This document shows, one piece after another, positions 1 through 23,764 of a stretch of 64,000 nucleotides of DNA (its first letter is position 1; each line of letters opens with the position of its first letter). The notes beneath the pieces were generated by a model. That model saw nothing but the letters and a program-made list of their open reading frames with translations, had not been told where the DNA came from and did not search any database. A program made the position numbers and the translations under genes. Source of the DNA: Pecten maximus (taxonomy: Eukaryota); contig NC_047016.1 of assembly GCF_902652985.1 (NCBI RefSeq), positions 15,562,001 through 15,626,000 of the forward strand, given 5' to 3'.

Positions 1-334
1 ATAACAGCACTTTGTTGGCTCCTCTTCCTTAACATTTTCACTGATTTCCAGTTCAATGGCACCAGTGGAACTGGAGAAGAAGTTTCAAATGTGTTTTTTC
101 AGATGACAATTATGCACAATGACTACAGGTCATCCTGACCCTAAAAAACCCATCTTACCCTTCCTCATTAAGGTGAAGCCTTTCCTTTCCTTACTCACAC
201 AGGATATCATGACATCCTACCTCATTCAGGGGAAATCATTACCTTAATCATTACCTTGCCCCACTCAGACAGAAAGCCTTACACTTCCTTTATAAACAGA
301 AAACCTTCCATATTTCACACAGTGATAGTCTTAC

Positions 335-3300
335 CCTGCCTCTTCTGTTAACAGGTATTCTGATCTGGCTGCCTGTTTTACAGCTGCTTCCAGCTTCTTC
401 TCCCTCTTATGGAACTCACCCCTGGCCCACTTTGACCTGGCCCACTTCTACACAGTAAAACAATTCAATAATGGAAAACACTTCAACATAATTGCCTGAA
501 ATCTTAACCAAAATGTACATACATGTAATTTTATATGCTAATTAAGGTTTTCAGAACTTGTATTTGATGCTGTCCTATTTTTAAAAGCAATTACACTGTA
601 TTCACTTTCATTTCAACTTAGCATTACAGAAAACATTCTCACATCTTAGATGGAGAGACAACACTTACTGTGGTAGTTTGGTTTCTTCTCTGATATTTTT
701 TCAATCTGTCTTCAGGTAATGGAGCTTCACCAGGGAAAGGGTCCTCCTAAAGGGCACCAAACAACTTTATAAACAAGTACAAAATTACATTGCCACAATA
801 GCTTCAAATTGATGGAATTATTCCCATATTGATACATTAATCAACTTTATTTTCACTATAAAACATCATGTTTCACTGATTAAGATGTAATCAAACACCA
901 AAATCAACATCAAAACTCTTTAATAGGCAGGGATACAAATAAAATCAACTTTCATTTAAATACATCAATTCTACCTTTTTTCTGAAGTCTTTGTATTCTC
1001 CTCCTTTTTTGCGTTGGTATGACTTTCCATGTCGCTGTTCTCGTTGTTTTTCTAGAAATAGCTTTCTACTTGAACCCAAGTCAAAAACTTGTACTTCCCC
1101 TTCTGGATCTGCTATGTTTGGATTTGCCTTCATTCCTTTATGTTTCCCTTTCTGAAAAAATATAATTACAATAGAATACTGAAAAATTCTTTAAGAAGAA
1201 AACGTAATGATTTTCCAAGTACCTACAGTCTATACCAAATGTATTCACACACAAAGCTTTAACTTATCTAAAATATGTTGAACATACTTACTTACCTCTT
1301 TCAACATTGTAATAAGTGAGAAAAGCACAAAAATTATAACATTGAAATGATGCAAAATATCTTTGAGAGAAATTGATTTGATAGAGCCAAATAAAACCTG
1401 CGGTAAACTGGCACCAAGGGTCTGTGAACTCAAATTGAGTCAAACAATGCTGTACATGTATACAATTTCAACACTGTCAACCTATTAAATTCAGCTACCA
1501 AATATTAGATGAATGGAATGATGAACAAAAACAAAAGAAACTTTTGATGATGCCACAATAAATGAACCAATATTAACATGTTGACATTGATTATCTCGAG
1601 GCTTTCAGTTCACTCTGGACATTTTGCAATTTCAGAAGTTATAACACAAGTCTAATGGGTCACAATATGTCAAAGGGATACCATTATATCCTCACAAACA
1701 CAAAACTAATTCTGGAGAGTCATGCACTCAACGTCAAAGAAGTTAATACAAAAAGTACATATCTCAAACCACTGAATCTCTTTTACTTTTTATTCTGATC
1801 TAAAGAATCATCTAAATACAAAAAAAAAAAATTTCAATAGTTCATTTCATGAATTTGTAGTTTTACTTTCAGCAAATCATTCTGAGACAGAAGCCCTTGA
1901 CAATAACAAACTTTACACTAACACATTTACAGTACTGGAAATAGTTTACCTTCTTATCTGTGATTTTTTCATTTTGCTGTTTTTGTTGGGATACTTGACT
2001 GGAACTAACATCAGACTCTCCAACCCCTTCCGATGGAACAGCAAAATATCTATTTGCTGTCACTGCATTGCCACCTTTGTTTTTCTTTTTGATTCTGTCA
2101 TTGTTCTGAAACATAACATATACATTTAGTATGTACACACCAATACACCACACACAGTGTACTTTAATTGCAGTAATCCGAACACCTGATGTGCCTCGCA
2201 TGACAAGTTTACCTGCTGTTCCTGCATCAAGATGAAGAAGAGTACTGGTATACACAGACAGTGGATAGGATAATCAATGGAAGTGTGGATGGGGGTTAGA
2301 TGAGGGGATAGGTAAAAAGTGGGAGAAACCGTAGAAAGAATATTTTCAACGTAATGCAACAAGTTCGAATTCTGTGATTGGATAATAATGTTATGGCAAA
2401 CAGGCAAATTAACTAACACAATAAATTTACTTTAATGTATTAATTTCCTTTGTTTTTCCATTTTTATTTTCATTACTTTTTCTCGAGCTACTGCTTTTGA
2501 ACAAGGGCTAACATAATACATTTCTACCACTTCTACCATATAGTGACCACCTTCAACCAGTTGAAGATTTTGTCACGTGAGGGGTTTGGTTTTACAAGTG
2601 ACAGACTATGTTTATACATAATAAATAGAATATGTTATGAAGAAAAAGTTTATGTTTGCAATGTATTGATATTGTTATAACTACAATATATGCTTTAAAT
2701 GGAACATGCATAAGATACGTAACATGCAAGTAGGCCAGTTTCATAGTCAAGAGATGTTAAATCTTCTTATATCTCGTTTGATGTGTGCTAGCTGAATGGC
2801 AATGGAATGGGGTTTATAGCATGCACATTAGTCAAAGACAAATTAAGACATAATATACAGAGAAAGATTATTATGAAACTTCACTAGTGTGCAAAATTGG
2901 GTAATTTCATTTAATTGTGTCGCCAAACTTTCATCAGACAGCTGCAGCAATTTTTTTTTATCTGCAACAGTTTTTATCAAGAGTAGAGATATACATGCCA
3001 TTACCTCCCGACGTGAGACAAAATCTCCCTTATTTTCAAGTCATTTATTTCCTCCCGAGAGGAGAGCCCAAATTCCTGTATTTTGTACATGTAATTCCCT
3101 TCAGTATTTTGACCAACGCCATTTTTGTTTACAATTCGGTAGTTTTTTCCACGAGATTTAATGAGATTTGGCTAAATTTAGCGATCACATGATCCATCTG
3201 TTCACGTGATCACTCAATCAAAATGACGCCTGTTGGACACGGCTTTCAAATTCACACGAAGCTCTGGCTAGTGTAATGTTTGCGCTAGAATATCTATCAC

Positions 3301-4399
3301 CATGAAATAAATGCAAGTCGCTTACAAACAACTTTAACCCTCTTTGCTAACAGACTTGAATTATTGTTTGCTTTCTTTTAGGACTATGCTTTGTTGATGG
3401 TAATAGATACAGAGCCTGGTCAGATGCAAAATCACACATGCTTCTCATATAAAATGTGTATCGTGGATCAGTGATGTCATGATGAAATCCAATATTTTCT
3501 TTGATAAAACTTTCAAAATTAGCACATCTGTTGGTCGTAGTGGTCAATCATGATGTTTACAATGGCTGTACCGTCCATGACAGAGACAATATACAAAATC
3601 TGGAATGATCATGATAAGATTACTGCAGTCTCCTAACATGAACAAATTCAGTTCTCATGACTTCATGTATACACTTGCACACTTGGAATATTTTTATATC
3701 TAAAAGGTCCAACATAAGGGGTCCCACAGACCATGTCATGGTGATTTTTACAACTGATGAGAGAACTCTAGACTAACTTTAAAATGACATAAAGATATCA
3801 CATCAAAATAGTCTAGTTATTTCACATACCCATTATCACAAAACAGCTGCTTTAACTTTAATTTGGAAAGGTTTAGCCACATAGGCATGTCAAGTCTTAT
3901 ATTAAAAATAGCAGAAAAAAACTAGATTATAGATATGTCTGGCTATTTTGGAATATAAGACTAGACATGTCCCTGTTGTTAAGCGCTTCAATACTTTCAT
4001 TACTTTGATCTTAAACCTATGCTATATAATGTGTGGTGTTGGTGTATGTTTTCTCTTTCAGATGATTTGATAGTGTGTCTAAGTACAGTTATCTTTGTGA
4101 GGCTGGCTAAGCTTTGAGACCACATACGTCTTACCAAGTATCACCAAGGACTAATATATAAAATATTTAAGTTATAAGTCCATATCAGTGTACGTGTGCA
4201 TTAGGCCTAAGCTTACACCAGTACTGTACTGTAGCAGTGCTTGGACGATCAGGATGCACTATATATAAACTCTATATGTATCCTTCTGTCATGTGTTTTG
4301 CGTGTCAATTTAACTATACTCATGAAAACGTAAAGACCTACTTTTGTAATTAAATGGTAATTGTCTTACCCCTAAGTTTTCGCCTCCTAGAATATCCAT
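335..4399 (-). CDS. WDR46: WD repeat protein 46 (UTP7/BING4 orthologue), 5' portion; gene continues beyond left edge
   Basis: Phase-consistent GT-AG exons on minus strand: 4399-4370 (MDILGGENLG), 2105-1950, 1151-975, 746-669 (EDPFPGEAPLPEDRLKKYQR), 447-335 (KWARGEFHKREKKLEAAVKQAARSEYLLTEEAG). DPFPG and AARSE-LL-EE-G match the pre-WD region of WDR46 as I recall it. Confidence 0.85.
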
Positions 4400-4548
4400 G
4401 ATCAATTCTCCACATGTGCTCCTCACTTCCGTATCAACACGCGCATGCGATTTTCAGACAGGAAACGTTTTTTGATTGGTCAAAAGAATTTGGCGCTGGT
4501 TTCAGTGTTGTTGTTTCCCTCTGAAGCTGGAAGAAGGAATTTCGTCTG
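4400..4548. promoter_or_regulatory. Compact bidirectional promoter WDR46/CDC7 plus probable non-coding CDC7 exon 1
   Basis: Between WDR46 ATG (4399, -) and a + strand donor G|GTAAGT at 4549: ETS-like CACTTCCG 4424-4431, NRF1-like GCGCATGCG 4441-4449, inverted CCAAT (ATTGG) 4475-4479, E2F-like TTTGGCGC 4489-4496. Confidence 0.6.
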
Positions 4549-5057
4549 GTAAGTTTTCCGAAAAAAATATTGAGTCCTGGAATAGCGCATATATGTTCAG
4601 TGAACCATATCTTTTAAATTGTGTCTTTTATGATATTAGTTATTCAAGAACTCAAATATTCTCGATTTATTTGAAGGATATATGCCCATACTTAATTTTA
4701 TAAGAAAGCTGAGGGCACGATTGGAAATGTTTGGAGCCTGACTGCATGTAGATTCTTTCCCCTTAGATAAATCATTTGTTTAATGTTATATTTACAATTA
4801 TAAGTTTAGTAATCCACAGGCACTTGTATACGGTAATTAACACTCAGATTTTAAATAAAATCATATATCCTCATATACAGATAATGGTCGATAACACTCA
4901 ACTTGGTTGTGGCGGAAACATATTATATAGATCTATCAAAGTGTCTGTGAATATTATTCAAGAAACTCCAGTAATAACATTATAAATGTGAAAAGTTTGA
5001 TTTACGGCTTCAGACGGCTGACGACCCAACGCCCTCAAGTTTGAAATCCAGTTCAAT

Positions 5058-16795
<11,738 letters not shown>

Positions 16796-18404
16796 TGTCA
16801 TTTTCTCTATCAGTGTTTAATTATTCCTTCAGCAAGGCAGCTTTAAAGTTTCTACATTAACACACTGATGATAGGTGATTTTCGGTTCACATATCATCCA
16901 AGAACTGTTGAACTTATACCACATTAGTGCATCTGTCATCTCATCAACTTAAAAAAAAGGTTACGATATCCTGAACAGCTGAGTGGATTCAAATGTGATC
17001 CGACACATAAATGGGTGAAGTAAACTTAATGCTGTAAAAACATAGGGCTTAGAGGGCCGAGGGGCAGCACCCAATAAAGGATATATCAATGATAGATTAA
17101 AGTATTTTCAACTAAATTTGCCATAAATGCAATAATTTGGAAACTTTTCCTACCCTTTTTATTAAATTGATTTGATCCCGAGCATGCTTCATGATATATT
17201 TTTTGACTAGATTAAAATCAATTTTTTTTTTTCCAGATTTATTACAGTAAAGTTGGTTTTGATCGGTTTAATGTTATTTAAATGCTTGGCTTAGTAAACT
17301 TTCATACAATTTAGCTGTATAATATCATGATGAATATACTCCAAAGGATCGGCTCTAAAAGTTTTTGAACATTTTACCAATGCTGCCACTGGTAAACAAT
17401 CACTGTTTTCACCCTTGTTACATACCTGTTTTGTGCAACTTTGTCAACAATTGTTGTATTCATTCTTGTTTTTATTTATTTATTCATTTGTTCGCATTAC
17501 ATCAATGGTGATAGTGGTTGAAAACTTAGAATTACTGAACTTAAATACTACATAGACTACTATAGTGAATAAGGTAGGATTGTTGTAGCTGAAATTCTCT
17601 ATAGACTTATTTGGTGAATCGGGTATACATGCAAGTGGCAAAACAAGAATATTATCTTAATGTAAGATTAGTTATAATTTAAAAGTAAATTTTTATTATT
17701 GCCGGTATTATTTTTTTTTTTTTTAACAAAAAGACATTTTTAGTGTTTCCTTAGATTTGATTTGTGTGCTTAATATTTAAAATAGTATTTGAAAAATCTC
17801 CAATGAAATTTGAAATAGAAGTATTACATTATACTTATAAAAAGCTCAATTATTTGTATGTTGGTAGTTTTAATTAAATTATAGACTGCCAATGAGTTGT
17901 GTGTGTGTATACATGTACTCTACATTGTATGATATTCATAAAGGGATCAATACATTGTCAACTGTCATACACTCTAATTAAAAAATATATATAATTATAT
18001 AATAAGGTACATAAAATGTCGGTTAACTTTATAATTAAAGATTTAGATTTGAAGTATCTGTTGTTAGTCTTGTGGATTCTGACGACTGTCTGGAGTTGGA
18101 CTCCCCCTTGTCATACATAGTGATATTTATCTGGTTTGAGGATTCTGGTCCAAACATTCTCAACATACGTCAAAATTTTGTTGATGAATGTAAATCTCTC
18201 AAATCAGATGTCATTGTTCATAATGTATGTATCACAATGCCTGCAAGTTTTAAAACAAGTACCCGACAAAAGAAATACTTTTAGTTTTTCTGAAGACTTA
18301 AATTGGTTGGCTGACATGTAGCTTCTCTCTGGCCTGGCTCAGTCTTATCACAATTTCTCAAGATCTTTAATGTGGCCGTCAGTCATTGTAAAATTTCAAA
18401 CCTG

Positions 18405-20684
18405 TAGTTACTGCTAAATCAGAGATGGTACTGAAGTTATATCTCTCAAGTAGTTAACGGCTAAATCAGAGATTGTACTGAAGTTATATCTCAAGCAGTT
18501 AATGGCTAAATCAGAGATGGTACTGAAGTGATATCTCTCCAGCAGTTAATGGCTAAATCAGAGATGGTACTGAAGTTATATCTCTCAAGTAGTTAACGGC
18601 TAAATCAGAGATTGTACTGAAGTTATATCTCTCAAGCAGTTAACGGCTAAATCAGAGATTGTACTGAAGTTATATCTCTCAAGTAGTTAACGGCTAAATC
18701 AGAGAATGTACTGAAGTTATATCTCTCAAGCAGTTGATGGCTAAATCAGAGATGGTACTGAAGTTATATCTCTCAAGTAGTTAACGGCTAAATCAGAGAT
18801 TGTACTGAAGTTATATCTCAAGCAGTTAACGGCTAAATCAGAGATTGTACTGAAGTTATATCTCTCCAGCAGTTAATGGCTAAATCAGAGATGGTACTGA
18901 AGTTATATCTCAAGCAGTTAACGGCTAAATCAGAGATTGTACTGAAGTTATATCTCTCAAGTAGTTAACGGCTAAATCAGAGATTGTACTGAAGTTATAT
19001 CTCCAGCAGTTAACGGCTCAATCAGAGATTGTACTGAAGTTATATCTCAAGCAGTTAACGGCTAAATCAGAGATTGTACTGAAGTTATATCTCTCAAGTA
19101 GTTAACGGCTAAATCAGAGATGGTACTGAAGTGATATCTCTCAAGCAGTTAACGGCTAAATCAGAGATTGTACTGAAGTTATATCTCTCAAGTAGTTAAC
19201 GGCTAAATCAGAGATGGTACTGAAGTTATATCTCTCAAGCAGTTGACGGCTAAATCAGAGAATGTACTGAAGTTATATCTCAAGCAGTTAATGGCTAAAT
19301 CAGAGATTGTACTGAAGTTATATCTCTCAAGCAGTTAACGGCTAAATCAGAGATTGTACTGGAGTTATATCTCTCAAGTAGTTTACTCCTGAGTCAGAGA
19401 TGGTACTGGAGTGATATCTCTAGAGAAGTTTACAGCTAAATCAGAGATTGTACTGGAGTGATATCTCTCAAGCAGTTAACTGCTAAATCAGAGATTGTAC
19501 TGAAGTTATATCTCTCAAGTAGTTAATGGCTAAATCAGAGATTGTACTGAAGTTATATCTCTCAAGCAGTTAATGGCTAAATCAGATATTGTACTGGAGT
19601 GACATCTCTCAAGTAGTTTACAGCTAAATCAGAGATGGTACTGAAGTTATATCTCTCAAGCAGTTAACGGCTAAATCAGAGATTGTACTGAAGTTATATC
19701 TCTCAAGTAGTTAACGGCTAAATCAGAGATTGTACTGAAGTTATATCTCTCAAGTAGTTAACGGCTAAATCAGAGATGGTACTGAAGTTATATCTCTCAA
19801 GTAGTTAACGGCTAAATCAGAGATTGTACTGGAGTTATATCTCTCAAGCAGTTAATGGCTAAATCAGAGATTGTACTGGAGTTATATCTCTCAAGTAGTT
19901 AACGGCTAAATCAGAGAATGTACTGAAGTTATATCTCAAGCAGTTAACGGCTAAATCAGAGATTGTACTGAAGTTATATCTCTCAAGCAGTTAACGGCTA
20001 AATCAGAGATTGTACTGAAGTTATATCTCTCAAGACGTTTACAGCTAAATCAGAGATGGTACTGAAGTTATATCTCTCAAGACGTTTACAGCTAAATCAG
20101 AGATTGTACTGAAGTGATATTTCTCAAGCAGTTAACGGCTAAATCAGAGATTGTACTGAAGTTATATCTCTCAAGCAGTTAACGGCTAAATCAGAGATTG
20201 TACTGAAGTTATATCTCTCAAGCAGTTAACGGCTAAATCAGAGATTGTACTGAAGTTATATCTCTCAAGTAGTTAACGGCTAAATCAGAGATTGTACTGA
20301 AGTTATATCTCTCAAGCAATTAACGGCTAAATCAGAGATTGTACTGAAGTTATATCTCTCAAGCAATTAACGGCTAAATCAGAGATGGTACTGAAGTGAT
20401 ATCTCTCAAGCAGTTAACGGCTAAATCAGAGATTGTACTGAAGTTATATCTCAAGCAGTTAACGGCTAAATCAGAGATTGTACTGAAGTTATATCTCTCA
20501 AGCAATTAACGGCTAAATCAGAGATTGTACTGAAGTTATATCTCTCAAGCAGTTAACGGCTAAATCAGAGATTGTACTGAAGTTATATCTCTCAAGCAAT
20601 TAACGGCTAAATCAGAGATTGTACTGAAGTTATATCTCTAGAGAAGTTTACAGCTAAATCAGAGATTGTACTGGAGTGATATCT
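18405..20684. repeat. 47-bp (45-bp variant) minisatellite, about 48 copies
   Basis: Unit GCTAAATCAGAGATTGTACTGAAGTTATATCTCTCAAGCAGTTAACG, read directly. Confidence 0.95.
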
Positions 20685-21357
20685 GGTTTATTTTATTACA
20701 ACACCTTGTGTGCGTTCCACTGGGTCCTTGGAGAGGGATGTATTTATTGATTTTCTAATTACATAATTAAGAGGAGAGAGCAGAAAACCTAGGAAAAGAT
20801 CAAACTTAAAAAGAATTAATGAAGATGATATAGATGCCAAGATCTTTATATGATCTTATTGTATTCTGTATACTTACTCATTTTATATTGAAAAAAAATG
20901 GGGTTTTTTTTGTTTTTAGTAATGGTTGCTCTGGATACCAGAGTGGCTTATGTGATGGTATATCCGTTATTCATCCATACACATTTCCTGATCTTCCTTC
21001 TCAATGAGACAACCTCCTCTAGTGAGTAAGACATGGTCCATGGTTGTCCTAAATTGAAAAAAATGACTTGTGCTGTATGCAAGACTATTTAAAAATGCTG
21101 CTTCATATCCTAATCAGAAAGTCGTGATGACTTTCATTAGAAAATGTAATTATTACATGGTCCTAACTGAAATTCTAACCCATGCCAAATTCTAGATGTA
21201 CTCCATGGATGCTATTTTGAAAATCTTCCTTCAGTATTACTGAACGGAAAGTCACCAAGAGACGCACTTTAACCAACGTGTTGTGTCTACTATGGTCCAC
21301 AGTTTGTCCGCATTGCTCATTCAACATCATTACTTATTATAATTAAAAAGCAATATA

Positions 21358-21552
21358 GGTGGCACAGTAGTAATTCACTTGTCTTTCACCTAGGAGGTCT
21401 ATTCCCGAACGGACGTGAAATGGTATGGAGTCACCTGCCCGACCATGTGGGTTGTCCACAGGTATGTACTTCGGTTTCCTCCCTCCCGCGCTTCTATCCG
21501 GACCAACAAGTATGGCTAATATTGATAAACTTATTTCTCATTTGTAAAATAA
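21358..21552 (+). mobile_element. Degenerate tRNA-derived SINE
   Basis: Collinear similarity to 44440-44683 (GGTGGC..TTTCACCTA..GACCATGT.GGTT..GGACCAACAAG..TGTAAAATAA). Central GGGTT..CGGTTTCCTCCC is a V-SINE-type motif. Confidence 0.55.
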
Positions 21553-22330
21553 ATAGTTAACATTAAAAAAAATCGACAGGACTTCCACTGAACAGTTGTT
21601 TTTGGTCTACTGCTGATGCTGACTAAAATGTATATCCATGTTACATAAAAGATGTACACCATCTTGAAAATGCTTCTCTCCTGAAAGGATAAAAGACTTA
21701 TTGGTCCTGGTTGTCCACCATAGCTCCATCTCCTGAAGAGAAAGGCGTGTGAAGAGATGACTTTCTACACCACGTATACTGCCGTTGGATGGTAGGGTAT
21801 ATAGTATTGCCCTTGGCCCTCATTCAATCATACTTTGTTACGTCCTCTTACTGATACAGAGACTTCGGTGTGTAGTTGTATGGTGATAGTATGCTAATGC
21901 AGGTCAATTTCTATATTCACCAAAACAGTATGACCGATGAGAGTCTTGTTTGGGTATTAACAACAAAAAGGCCTAGTCAATATGTGTATAAATCTGTTGT
22001 TTATAATACAATGTTCCAGTCTTTCGTGTTACTCTACTTGTTCCGAAAAGTCATGAGTGCACCTCTTCACATAGCACCAAGAAACACTAAACTTCTTTGT
22101 TACCAGCTGGGGTATTCTTGTTGCTGCTGAACAATTAAGTTACCCAACACTCTCCTAATTTCAATAAGATGCAGATTATTAATACATGGTATTTAATTGA
22201 AAAAAAAAGGTGCAAATGTGGACGTAGATCCAGTTTTCCATTGCCTCGACACCCTACTTCTGTGTCCCCATCCCGTATAATTTCGTGTCTGTTTATCTGC
22301 AGTTGTTCTGTTGAAGCTTCTCTTCAACTT

Positions 22331-22488
22331 CTACTACTACCACTACTACTACCACTACCACTAACACCACCACCACCACTACTACCACTACCACTACCAC
22401 CACCACCACCACTACTACCACCACTACTATTACTACTACCACTACCCCCACTGCCACTACAACCACCACCACTACTACCACTACTACT
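22331..22488. repeat. (CTA/CCA)n trinucleotide microsatellite
   Basis: Direct reading. Explains the poly-Pro/Leu and poly-Val ORFs. Confidence 0.95.
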
Positions 22489-22771
22489 ATAAATATATAT
22501 ATATGTGTGTGTGCGTGTGTGTACTAATAATAATCAGTTTTCAAGACCTCTGTTCATTTATATTAAATTGCTTAAGTTTTTATCTGATTCCTGTCCCTGC
22601 TGAGCACCGATATATTAATAAAATAATAAAATATGAATCAATGCCTTGACATTTGTTTCTGATTCCTTTTTGTATCATTTCAAAAACTTCAAATATGGTG
22701 CAGGCATCTTTATTTTTTTTTTTTTTTTGTATAATAATCTTTCGTAAGGTATCGTCAGTTTCCATAAACTA

Positions 22772-22906
22772 TTTGGTTTGGCCCTGTTAACAGCCATGGT
22801 CATTTAAGAACGTGTCTGATTTTGGAAGTGGAGGAAAGCCGGAGTTCCCGGAGAAAAAACGACCGACCTACGGTCAGTACCAGGCAACTGCCTCACGTGG
22901 GTTTCT
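22772..22906 (-). mobile_element. SINE fragment (same family as 43905-44060)
   Basis: Shared GGTCATTTAAG.ACGTG..GGAAAGCCGGAG..CCCGGAGAAAAA..CCTACGGTCAGTACC.GGCAACTGCC.CACGT.GGTTTC. Confidence 0.7.
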
Positions 22907-23329
22907 ACTTGATACATAAATGTTGATTAATTTGGTTTTAAAAAATAGAATCGACTATGAACTAAATCCCAGGTAACGACAATTAATGCAAAAAGTTCGA
23001 AAGCTGATTTCATTGTAAAATTCTCCGATAAGAGGACGCAGGATTATATATATAAACAGATATATATATGTTAATAGTGAACTTTTATACCGTGTTTTAA
23101 CATGCATGGGAAAATAAACAAAAACATCAATCACATTTTACAAGATGATAAATATGTATCTATAGATATGTATTATACATCATGACATCAGATTTACTCT
23201 CTTCGTCCTCAAAACATAAAATATTTGTAAAAATAAACATGTAATAATAACGTACAGTACCGTGATACACCAGAAGGGAAAAGTCGTATTTAAACGATAG
23301 TATATATCTGGTTTAAATTTCATTTGGGA

Positions 23330-23764
23330 TTCCAAAATTCGTGTACAATTACAAAGATTGTAAGATCAGTTTATTCAGAAATGGTTTAATCATATAGAGA
23401 ACTCCTCAAGAGGACGTACATATTCTATTTTCAAAACAAATTTTGGATCTGAAAAATACCTAGTAAAGCTAAAATTTCCAATATGCATTTATCAATAGAA
23501 ACAGGAAGATGGATAGGGATTACAAAAGAAAATACAGCCTGCAATCATTGTTCTCATGACAATGGCGATGAATGTCATTATCTTGTCAAATCCGAACATG
23601 TTAATGTAGTCAAGTTTAGGCGTAAATTTATTCCTAATTATTACTGTAATCATCCTAATATCAACAAAATGCAAGGTCTTTTTACCATAATATGTAATAT
23701 TAAAGTTTTGTCAAATATGAGCATTTTTTTGGAAGAAATAGAGATATTACTTAAACAACATTAG
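23330..23764 (+). pseudogene. 3' relic of non-LTR retrotransposon ORF2
   Basis: Frameshifted translation ..DQFIQKWFNHIENSSRGRTYSIFKTNFG.EKYL.. / HLSIETGRW..C..C...DECHYL, typical of the C-terminus of LINE reverse transcriptases. Confidence 0.7.

Noticed and set aside
2889-3547. Short ORFs in WDR46 intron 1 (also 49928-50486)
   Set aside because: No recognisable domain or splice context. Possibly decayed repeat sequence but cannot be supported.
22169-22492. Pro/Leu-rich and poly-Val ORFs
   Set aside because: Trinucleotide microsatellite.
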